From the IMG/VR virus record IMGVR_UViG_3300000976_000006, positions 1 through 43,146 of that record: a DNA stretch of 43,146 nt. The stretch is one strand, 5' to 3'. This DNA comes from a virus. Position 1 is the first letter of the stretch; each line of letters begins with the position of its first letter. Shown one piece after another: positions 25,239 to 31,915 of this stretch. Position numbers and translations under genes: made by a program. The notes below the pieces were generated by a model. The model was not told where the DNA came from. It was given only the letters and a program-made list of their open reading frames with translations, and made no database searches.

Positions 25239-25485
25239 AATCAAACGAATTGAGAACAAAGGTTTCGGTGAGATCGAAGTCAAACGATTCAACCTGCCCT
25301 ATACATTCTCTTCTAGCTGCCCATCATGCGGCATTGAATCCGTTATCGACCTTAGCGACGAATACATTTCCTACCCATTGATAGGCTTAAATGAGATTGA
25401 ATTTTGCTGTGAGTCGGTTGGCTGTAAAATGTGGGTGGAGACATTCAGGCTTGCCGTAACGGTAGACCAAGATGGGCAAGGGTAA
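25231..25485 (+). CDS. hypothetical Zn-ribbon-like protein (84 aa), CPSC...CCESVGC
   Basis: ORF in the chain. Confidence 0.5.
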   Translation: MIKIKRIENKGFGEIEVKRFNLPYTFSSSCPSCGIESVIDLSDEYISYPLIGLNEIEFCCESVGCKMWVETFRLAVTVDQDGQG

Positions 25486-25727
25486 TGAGCGACATTCTAT
25501 CATTGCTCTCTGAGGTCCTGGCATTGTATTCGGAGGAGGAACTACACGAAAGGCTATCTGAATGGCGAGAAGAAAAGAAAGTGCTAGATGTCTCGGACCC
25601 TACGGATGGGGTGACCGCTGGCGAATTATTGAAGTTACGCCAAATGGCGATAAAGAACGTCAAGCGCGGTACTTCAAAACGAAAGCCCAAGCCAAGGCCT
25701 ATAAAAAGCTCTACGAAGAAGCGTTAG
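25485..25727 (+). CDS. hypothetical protein (80 aa) overlapping the integrase 5' end; excisionase-position ORF
   Basis: TAATG coupling and an AAGGG RBS. Its last 166 nt overlap int in another frame. Confidence 0.35.
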   Translation: MSDILSLLSEVLALYSEEELHERLSEWREEKKVLDVSDPTDGVTAGELLKLRQMAIKNVKRGTSKRKPKPRPIKSSTKKR

Positions 25728-26656
25728 TCGACGCGCCTGATTCCGTCGGTGAGGCGCTCGAGGAATACGAGGATTACCTAAGAAACTACAAAGGCAACAA
25801 GGAAGTTTCTGTTTACCAAACCCTTTGGATAATCAGAAAGATGCTCAAAGATGAGTGGCTGCTCTCGTCGCTCACACTTAGGAGATGCCAAAAGGCCTAC
25901 GATGAACTTGTCGAATCCGGCGCATCGGTCGCCACACACAGAAGCGCGCTTTCTCAAGTCAAGACATTCCTAAACTTCTGCATCAAGCGGGATATGATTA
26001 AGGTCAACATGTGCCTGACCATTTCCGGGGTTGGGAAAAGGCGCAAGGGTAAGAAGCAACTGAGAATCAAAGATGCCCGGCGCTGGTACCATTGCGCCAA
26101 CGAACAAGCATCTCGAGGGGTCGAGGGGTCTATCGCTGCCCTAATGAGTTTGCTGCTAGGCCTGAGAGCCTCTGAGATTACAGGAATTAAGATAGGAGCC
26201 CTTGACGAGGATGAGGCGCCTTTCGACGTGGTTCACATTACGGACGCTAAGACCGAAAAAGGCGAACGCTCAGTGGATATTCCTGAGCCCCTTCGAACTT
26301 ACGTGGCCGCCATTGTTGGAGATAGATGCGAAGATGAATGGTTGTTCCACGCGAAACGTTCCGAGTCTGGACGACGTGATCGGGATTGGGTCAGGCACCA
26401 AGTCAAAAGGATATGCCGGGCCGTGGACGTTGAGGAGGTCACAGCCCACGGCATGCGCGGGATGTTGGCGACGATAGCCCTCGAGCGCGGTGCTATGGGG
26501 TCGCTTGTTGCCGACCACCTAGGCCACGAGGATGAGAAGATGACCCGGTCCGTGTATGCCAAGAAAGGTGCCGGGGATTCGGCAAGTAGGCGGAAAGGCG
26601 TCGAGGTCCTCAATAGGAAGCCAATCGTTGTTATTGACCCGTCGTCAAAAGCCTAG
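25562..26656 (+). CDS. int: tyrosine integrase
   Basis: N-terminal arm-binding-like WRIIEVTPNGDKERQARYFKTKAQAKAY. Catalytic residues: R in LGLRASEI, HxxR in AHGMRG, LGH and Y in RSVYAKK. Confidence 0.9.
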   Translation: MARRKESARCLGPYGWGDRWRIIEVTPNGDKERQARYFKTKAQAKAYKKLYEEALVDAPDSVGEALEEYEDYLRNYKGNKEVSVYQTLWIIRKMLKDEWLLSSLTLRRCQKAYDELVESGASVATHRSALSQVKTFLNFCIKRDMIKVNMCLTISGVGKRRKGKKQLRIKDARRWYHCANEQASRGVEGSIAALMSLLLGLRASEITGIKIGALDEDEAPFDVVHITDAKTEKGERSVDIPEPLRTYVAAIVGDRCEDEWLFHAKRSESGRRDRDWVRHQVKRICRAVDVEEVTAHGMRGMLATIALERGAMGSLVADHLGHEDEKMTRSVYAKKGAGDSASRRKGVEVLNRKPIVVIDPSSKA

Positions 26657-26730
26657 TAGAGTGTGATTCAACAACGATTGGCCGCCTAGATCTATGATCT
26701 TATTCGGTGCATGCAGTAATGGCATTCAAG

Positions 26731-26760
26731 AGGTCGTGGGTTCGAGACCCTCTATCTCCA
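26731..26760 (+). other. tRNA 3'-end-like segment (variable loop, T-arm, 3' acceptor strand), candidate attP core
   Basis: AGGTC GTGGG TTCGAGA CCCTC TATCTCC A has a canonical T-loop with one stem mismatch. No matching 5' acceptor strand or valid anticodon arm lies upstream. It sits 75 nt after the int stop. Confidence 0.5.
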
Positions 26761-26807
26761 CTAAATCATTAAGGAAATAAGACTCACAAATTCTGATGAA
26801 GCGAAAA

Positions 26808-26826
26808 TAACAACGGTGTAACAACG
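26808..26826 (+). repeat. direct repeat TAACAACG-GTG-TAACAACG (11-nt period); a third AACAACG lies at 26670-26676 on the other side of the core. Candidate integrase arm-type sites.
   Basis: Read directly. Three copies of a 7-mer fall within 160 bp flanking the tRNA-like core. Confidence 0.45.
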
Positions 26827-26886
26827 TTATTTCGTGTTCGTGTCAGTAAATTATACTTATCCGTGGCGGGTTCTCGCTTTTTTGCG

Positions 26887-26922
26887 TTGAATATGGACTC
26901 CCTGACTTCATATAACTAATCC
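26887..26922 (+). promoter_or_regulatory. sigma70-like promoter TTGAAT-18-TATAAC placed 6 nt before ATG 26923 (leaderless mRNA predicted)
   Basis: Read directly. No Shine-Dalgarno precedes the ATG. Confidence 0.45.
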
Positions 26923-27423
26923 ATGGCAGTCTATTTTATCCAAGATGGTGACAACGTAAAGATTGGCTCAGCAAGGGACCCAAGGAAGAGACTGGAATCA
27001 CTGCAGGGAGGCAATCCGAACCAGCTTACTTTGATAGCAGTGCAGGAGGGAGGACTCCGTGACGAGATGGAGCTTCATAAACGATTCGATGAACACAGGA
27101 TTGGTCGGAGCGAATGGTTCAGGTTTGTAGATAGTCTAAAAGATTACGCGTTGACCAGCATGGCTGGGTTGAATATCACAACCAAGAGAGCTGACCCTGA
27201 AGCTTACCGAGAAGCCCTCCCTGCTATAGCACCTAAGGCTGAGAGGAGCGGTGAAAACGTTGCCATAGCTCACGCTCGGCTACCAAAAGAGCTCTTTGAG
27301 GAGGTTGTTAAACTTGCAGGAGAACAAGGGGTGTCCAGTTACATCCGTAAATTACTAATGGACAAAGTCGTTGTCACGTGTAAAAAGTGCGATGGCAGAG
27401 GGCTTAATGTCGTTTTAAAGTAA
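26923..27423 (+). CDS. T5orf172 (GIY-YIG-like) domain protein fused to a C-terminal RHH-CxxC module (166 aa)
   Basis: N-terminal VYFIQDGDNVKIGSARDPRKRLESLQGGNPNQLTLIAV...EMELHKRFDEHRIGRSEWF matches the T5orf172/MUG113 pattern. The C-terminal NVAIAHARLPKELFEEVVKLAGEQGVSSYIRKLLMDK is RHH-like and is followed by CKKCDGRG. Confidence 0.75.
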   Translation: MAVYFIQDGDNVKIGSARDPRKRLESLQGGNPNQLTLIAVQEGGLRDEMELHKRFDEHRIGRSEWFRFVDSLKDYALTSMAGLNITTKRADPEAYREALPAIAPKAERSGENVAIAHARLPKELFEEVVKLAGEQGVSSYIRKLLMDKVVVTCKKCDGRGLNVVLK

Positions 27424-27430
27424 GGTCTGG

Positions 27431-27595
27431 TCAACTTCTCCCGCAAGTTGGGCACACTCCGAGCCTCTCCTCGCATACCCTCCGCATCCATTCGGCTGTC
27501 GATATGTTTAACTTATCAGCCTCTTTGTCCATGGCCTCTTTGAGCTTCTTGGGCATCATGATGTTTTGTTGAACTAGCTTCTTCTTGTTAGTCAT
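27431..27595 (-). CDS. ribbon-helix-helix protein with a C-terminal CxxC (54 aa); not in the ORF track
   Basis: Codon-by-codon translation gives MTNKKKLVQQNIMMPKKLKEAMDKEADKLNISTAEWMRRVCEERLGVCPTCGRS. A GGGAG RBS lies 6 nt upstream. It starts 17 nt after the stop of the 96-aa ORF. Confidence 0.6.
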   Translation of the reverse strand: MTNKKKLVQQNIMMPKKLKEAMDKEADKLNISTAEWMRRVCEERLGVCPTCGRS

Positions 27596-27612
27596 ATTCT
27601 CCCTTTTTCTGT

Positions 27613-27903
27613 TTAAGCAACTGGCGGGGTCGATGAGGGCCGGCGCCTCGGTGGCGTTGGTAATGGTAGGCCGTTTTCAGACAACGCCCTAATAAGCACA
27701 TCTCGGTTGACTACAATGTCTCGCCTGGAGCTCGAGGCCTTGCCCTCCCTGTTGAAGTTATAGACCACTCTGCAGCCCTCTAAGATCCGAAGAGACCTGG
27801 CTGCTACTTCTGATCCACCCGAAAACCCGACCTCGCCACCGTAGAAGGTGATGTTTTTAGCGCCGGGGATGAGTTTTAGTAGAGAGAGTTTGATTGTGTC
27901 CAT
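27613..27903 (-). CDS. hypothetical 96-aa protein, first gene of a two-gene cassette (antirepressor, anti-defence or toxin candidate)
   Basis: The ORF has a Pro/Arg-rich tail. SLRILEGCRVVYNFNREGK weakly recalls the RelE/ParE core strand pattern. No family was recognised with confidence. Confidence 0.55.
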   Translation of the reverse strand: MDTIKLSLLKLIPGAKNITFYGGEVGFSGGSEVAARSLRILEGCRVVYNFNREGKASSSRRDIVVNRDVLIRALSENGLPLPTPPRRRPSSTPPVA

Positions 27904-27938
27904 GTTTTAATACTAGTATATTTACTAGTATAGATCAA
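27904..27938 (-). promoter_or_regulatory. promoter TTGATC-17-TAGTAT (minus strand) overlapped by tandem palindromes TACTAGTA (27911-27918, 27923-27930) and the dyad CTAGTA-N4-TACTAG (27913-27928)
   Basis: Read directly. The -10 box ends 6 nt before ATG 27903 and there is no Shine-Dalgarno, so the mRNA would be leaderless. Confidence 0.5.
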
Positions 27939-27953
27939 GAACAATCGTGATAC

Positions 27954-28036
27954 AAAAACCACCCCAACGCGCGCGCAAAGAATAGACTCGCGAAAAAGGA
28001 ATACAACAAAAGCGAGCCCCACGCGGGTTGGGGTGG
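27954..28036 (-). terminator. structured intergenic element / probable terminator of the late operon
   Basis: CCACCCCAAC (28036-28027) pairs with GTTGGGGTGG (27968-27959) and is followed by T5 on the minus strand. A smaller hairpin CCCCA-N7-TGGGG lies directly after the stop at 28042. The 58-nt loop is unusually large. Confidence 0.35.
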
Positions 28037-28041
28037 AAACC

Positions 28042-28335
28042 TTAAAGCTCGACAGTCTCGTCTTCGTCTATTGGGGCCGGGTTCTGGACCTCACATCCGC
28101 CTTCGGTATCAAGCTCAAGCTTGGAGCCATCATTGTATACGTACTCCCAAAGGACCTTGTCGCCTTCAAGCTTCTCGCATTCAACGCGAATAAGACCAAC
28201 GCCTCGAGCTGTCAGATCGCACTGTCTAAACCAGATGCCTTTGTCCTCTCCCTTGACGAACTTTTCAATCTTTTCACATCTGCCATCTGCTAACGTTTTT
28301 TCTTCTTCCATCCTCTTGCCTTTCCCGCGCACCAA
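28042..28335 (-). CDS. hypothetical protein (up to 97 aa) downstream of the endolysin
   Basis: The ORF overlaps the endolysin 3' end by 22-46 nt. It has no TM segment or lipobox. Confidence 0.4.
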   Translation of the reverse strand: MVRGKGKRMEEEKTLADGRCEKIEKFVKGEDKGIWFRQCDLTARGVGLIRVECEKLEGDKVLWEYVYNDGSKLELDTEGGCEVQNPAPIDEDETVEL

Positions 28336-28700
28336 CGTGCCGCGAAGTTTCTAGTGTCATAGTGTGTGAAACCGTCGTATAGTCCTACTCCGCCTTGCTT
28401 CATGCGTCCCTCGCGGATAAGCCTTAGGATAACCTCGTAAACTTTGCGAGGACTCATGCCTTTAACTTGGATATCCACAGCCCTGCCTTTGACGTGTTGA
28501 CTGGTATCCTTGGAGCCAATCTTGCGATTGTATTTTAGGTGCCGATATGCGCTTGTGATTTTGATGGGCTTGCCAATCTCGTCGCGCAAGACCTGCAAAT
28601 TTTTTGCAACCTCTCGAACGGTGGGTATCAGTCTCCTAGGAACCGGGGTTCCATCTTTGGTGGCGAACTCTTTTAGTCTAAAGTGCTTCGTAATACGCAT
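28290..28700 (-). CDS. endolysin, peptidase M15 family (Zn D-Ala-D-Ala carboxypeptidase-like fold)
   Basis: LKEF, SAYR, SQHVKGRAVD and THYD give the H-x6-D ... H zinc-ligand arrangement typical of Peptidase_M15_3/M15A. No signal peptide. Confidence 0.8.
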   Translation of the reverse strand: MRITKHFRLKEFATKDGTPVPRRLIPTVREVAKNLQVLRDEIGKPIKITSAYRHLKYNRKIGSKDTSQHVKGRAVDIQVKGMSPRKVYEVILRLIREGRMKQGGVGLYDGFTHYDTRNFAARWCAGKARGWKKKKR

Positions 28701-28879
28701 AACATCCCTTCCTCAATCAACTCCTCTAGGCCGTGGTCACCGTATCGCTTTGAACTTTTTTTAAGCGCATTACACGCGATACTCCTTACGACATTACTTA
28801 TGACACCCTCCTTAAGACATGCGACGACAACGTCAACCAAGTCCTCTCGAAGCCTAATGATTTCGTCATGCGGATCCAC
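28673..28879 (-). CDS. hypothetical protein (68 aa)
   Basis: ORF between the tail and lysis genes. No TM segment. Confidence 0.4.
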   Translation of the reverse strand: MDPHDEIIRLREDLVDVVVACLKEGVISNVVRSIACNALKKSSKRYGDHGLEELIEEGMLCVLRSTLD

Positions 28880-29622
28880 TAAGCAAGACTCTCTGATACG
28901 ATGACCCCAAAATATCCTGTACTTGGAACAGTAAGGACGCCAGAGACCATATTGACGATATATTCAATTAGGATTGTGCCGGGAACGTCTGTTTCGCCGG
29001 GCGCGAATGTATAGCCGACTTTGCCGTTGAGTCCGTCTGTGATGATGCCTGACCTCGTGAAGACAGTACCGTCATCATATCTGAACCGGATATCGACACT
29101 TGTTGCTTGTTGAAGGTTGAGTGGATAGTCATTAGCCTTGACTAGGATAACGTTTAGCTCTGGGAGCGTGTCACCTTCCTTGATGGCGAACTGGCCGGGG
29201 CCATACGGTTCACAATCAGCCGCATCATCGTTGTCGATTAAAACCTTGAAGTACTCACGACCCGAAGAGATAACAGGCTCCGGGCAATCCAACGGCTCAA
29301 CAAATAGCCCAACGCCGTTTGCCACCATGTTATTTCCGATGTTTGATGCACCTTCTATGCAGACCTCGTATGTGCCTGCTGGTGTAAATTCGACTTGATA
29401 CCCGTTAATAATTTCTACAACCTCGATAGGTACGACGGTGCCGGGTGAAGCCACCTCCACATGGTTGTGGGTTATAGGAAACGGCGCCGCCTCCTCGGTG
29501 GCCTCCAGGTTACGAAGAGCTATGTGTAAATCGTTCAGGTTAAGTCCAAAGCAATCGACCAGCGGAGTCAGGAAACTCTGCGGTATTGTTATGACTTGTG
29601 AAACCCAATCTACTTCAACCAT
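28879..29622 (-). CDS. hypothetical tail/fibre-associated protein (247 aa)
   Basis: The C-terminal half (DTLPELNVILV...ATSVDIRFRYDDGTVFTRSGIITDGLNGKVGYTFAPGETDVPG) resembles Ig-like tail-protein domains. It follows the spike gene. Confidence 0.55.
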   Translation of the reverse strand: MVEVDWVSQVITIPQSFLTPLVDCFGLNLNDLHIALRNLEATEEAAPFPITHNHVEVASPGTVVPIEVVEIINGYQVEFTPAGTYEVCIEGASNIGNNMVANGVGLFVEPLDCPEPVISSGREYFKVLIDNDDAADCEPYGPGQFAIKEGDTLPELNVILVKANDYPLNLQQATSVDIRFRYDDGTVFTRSGIITDGLNGKVGYTFAPGETDVPGTILIEYIVNMVSGVLTVPSTGYFGVIVSESLA

Positions 29623-29630
29623 TTTTCCCC

Positions 29631-31907
29631 CTATTCATCGAGCTGCTGATCAACGAAAATTGTTCGGCCGTTGTCACCGATTGTTGCGTTGATATCCCAC
29701 TGTTTATAAAACGTTGGCGATGAGCCTTTTCTTATCCACCCCGTGATTGGTTGGTCACCTAGGTAAGAATAATCAAACTGGGCTGTCGTGCCTGCGACTG
29801 CGGACCTGAACAGCTCAACGCCCGCCGGGTCGTTTCCGCCTGGTGCCGTTAATACAATTATCTCAGACCCTGGCTTTATGTTTTGGAAAAGAACCTGGAC
29901 CGGATTGAACAAGTATGGCGCCTGGTATGCAGGGTCAAGCGTGCACGTAAGCTCCAGTCGATTTAGAAAAGCATTGGTTGAGAAAGTGTTTTTAGTATTG
30001 CGCCACCTGCATTGGATTCGATTGTCTGCATCGGCTGGAAGTGATGCCAGCTGCGCCTGTGCATTTGCGAGGGAGAACGGCATCCATGCTGTATATGTTC
30101 CCAGCGGCCTACGCATCGACAGCTCAACATCGTAGTGCTGGTTAATTGTTCCCGTGTTCCGTATTGCAGTAAAACCTAAAATGCCGCCGTGTACCCTGCC
30201 TTCAATCTCAACCTGGTCTCCAACGTTGTGCATGTAAAGCCGGTTGTCCCTATACGTCGTCTGTGGCCCCGTTATGACGTTTTCTGTGTAGTGAGACCCG
30301 AGCAGGTTTGGTGAGAATCTAAGCAGCAATTCTCCTGTCGTGTCGTCCTCTGTCGGGATAACTAGATGTGACGGCGCATCCTCGCCGCCGCCTTCGGTGC
30401 CGTTGGTTATCCCCTTTGTCATGAAGTTCTGGTACTCGCATCCATCTCCAAGTTCAGCGGCCTGGGTGTTGGCCTGAACATCCGTAAACTTTGCATTGTA
30501 AACACTTAGACCGTATGAGCCAGTCGCGATGTTTACGCCTCGGCTGGCCCATTGCCCGGTCATTGTGACGTCTGCCAGGAGCGTGTTTAACGCTGAGTCG
30601 TTGACTAGGTAACGGCGCCTATTGCCACCGTCAATAGTCAAATTCCTCATCTGAATAAACCTGGCCCCGACAGCGCTTAGTAGGAACCCGAAGCGATTGG
30701 CTACGCCGCCTTGTGCGGGAGGTAAATCAGTATAGTTTTCGACCCTGAACCTGTCGGTGTAATTGCACCTAAACGTATAGTTATTAGCAGTTCCAACTGC
30801 TGCCCTTGATCCATTGGCTGAGGCTGTTGCCCCAGACATGACAGAGTTTTGTGTGTCCAAGACGTAGAAGGGTATTGATGCGCTCGCTGCGGCAAAGTCT
30901 CTGAACTCTGTGTTTCTACAAGAAAGGAAGAATGCCCCTCTACTCGTAGAACCCTGAGTGAACCCAGGCTGCACGCACGTCATGAATTCAAAGTATGAAT
31001 CCTCGAGTCCTCTAATATTGAAGCCTACCGTAAGGCTAGTATTGCTGGTGCACCTAAAGTTAACATTCCTTGAAAAAACCCCTAAATTGTTATTGTTAAA
31101 GCTAACCGAAAGCGCGCTGTTGGCGGCAACGCTGTCAACCTTGACCAGTGACTGACATTGCTGAAAGGGCAAGGAGGTTAAGAACGCGTCATAACAAAAA
31201 TGTTTTATGTCTATCTTGTAGGCGCCCGAATAGTTGCTGTACTGGTCTCTTGAGAAGGCGCAACCTTCGCCGATTATGCTTCCGCCTTTTAGAAAATCCC
31301 AGATATTAGAAAGACCCGGCGTCCCTGTCTTTTGCCATTGGATGTTTGGGATGTAAATCTTTGCCCCAGCTGGGGGAATGTGCCCCTCCGTTCCGTCGCC
31401 AAAGGTAATTGTGTTTGTTGCCTCGTCGTGGGTAAACACAAGACCAAACCTGTCGTCTCCGTAGCAATCGGCGAAAGTATCGGCTCTAGTCCAGCTTCGA
31501 TTGAACGGAGTCCCGTCGTTGTACAGGTCGCCATGGTCAACCCATAGTCCTCCAAGTTGTTGGTATGTGTCTCCAGCTGCATCGGTCGGCAAAACAAAGG
31601 ACTGATTCGCGGTACCGTTTGATGTGCCTAGCTCAATTAGGCCGCCTTGGATGTCCACGGTCGAATCGTTCTCTATTCGGATCCGCCCACTGGCTCCAGT
31701 CTGAGACCTTGAGCGTATAAATATGGGCGTGGTAGTGCTGGGATTCACCACATGGATGGCACCCCAGAGCGTTACAGTCCACTGCTGCAACGCCGGGGTG
31801 CTGGCATCAACTGTCAAAATCGCACCGTCACGCATATTCACGGTGTCGCCTTCTGCGGCGCCTATTGATGAAAATAAAGTGTCTACTGCGAAAGTGAAAG
31901 TTGCCAT
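29631..31907 (-). CDS. tailspike-like protein, probable parallel beta-helix (758 aa)
   Basis: Asn/Gly/Thr-rich short-period beta-type sequence, size, and position in the distal tail module. An enzymatic (depolymerase) function is only inferred. Confidence 0.5.
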   Translation of the reverse strand: MATFTFAVDTLFSSIGAAEGDTVNMRDGAILTVDASTPALQQWTVTLWGAIHVVNPSTTTPIFIRSRSQTGASGRIRIENDSTVDIQGGLIELGTSNGTANQSFVLPTDAAGDTYQQLGGLWVDHGDLYNDGTPFNRSWTRADTFADCYGDDRFGLVFTHDEATNTITFGDGTEGHIPPAGAKIYIPNIQWQKTGTPGLSNIWDFLKGGSIIGEGCAFSRDQYSNYSGAYKIDIKHFCYDAFLTSLPFQQCQSLVKVDSVAANSALSVSFNNNNLGVFSRNVNFRCTSNTSLTVGFNIRGLEDSYFEFMTCVQPGFTQGSTSRGAFFLSCRNTEFRDFAAASASIPFYVLDTQNSVMSGATASANGSRAAVGTANNYTFRCNYTDRFRVENYTDLPPAQGGVANRFGFLLSAVGARFIQMRNLTIDGGNRRRYLVNDSALNTLLADVTMTGQWASRGVNIATGSYGLSVYNAKFTDVQANTQAAELGDGCEYQNFMTKGITNGTEGGGEDAPSHLVIPTEDDTTGELLLRFSPNLLGSHYTENVITGPQTTYRDNRLYMHNVGDQVEIEGRVHGGILGFTAIRNTGTINQHYDVELSMRRPLGTYTAWMPFSLANAQAQLASLPADADNRIQCRWRNTKNTFSTNAFLNRLELTCTLDPAYQAPYLFNPVQVLFQNIKPGSEIIVLTAPGGNDPAGVELFRSAVAGTTAQFDYSYLGDQPITGWIRKGSSPTFYKQWDINATIGDNGRTIFVDQQLDE

Positions 31908-31915
31908 TTTTATTC

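Noticed and set aside
26700-26762. Possible complete tRNA gene
   Set aside because: Only the variable loop, T-arm and 3' acceptor strand are tRNA-like. No GGAGATA 5' acceptor strand lies upstream, and the only stem-loop in anticodon position (ATGC-AGTAATG-GCAT) lacks U33. I interpret it as an attP core, not a gene.
26862-26882. Weak hairpin GCG-N6-CGC followed by T6 as the integrase-operon terminator
   Set aside because: The stem is only 3-4 bp, too weak to call. It is noted only as a possible element upstream of the T5orf172 promoter.
28042-28335. Embedded/overlapping spanin (Rz1-like) at the endolysin 3' end
   Set aside because: The overlapping 97-aa ORF has no signal peptide, lipobox Cys or TM segment, so it does not fit an o-spanin or u-spanin.
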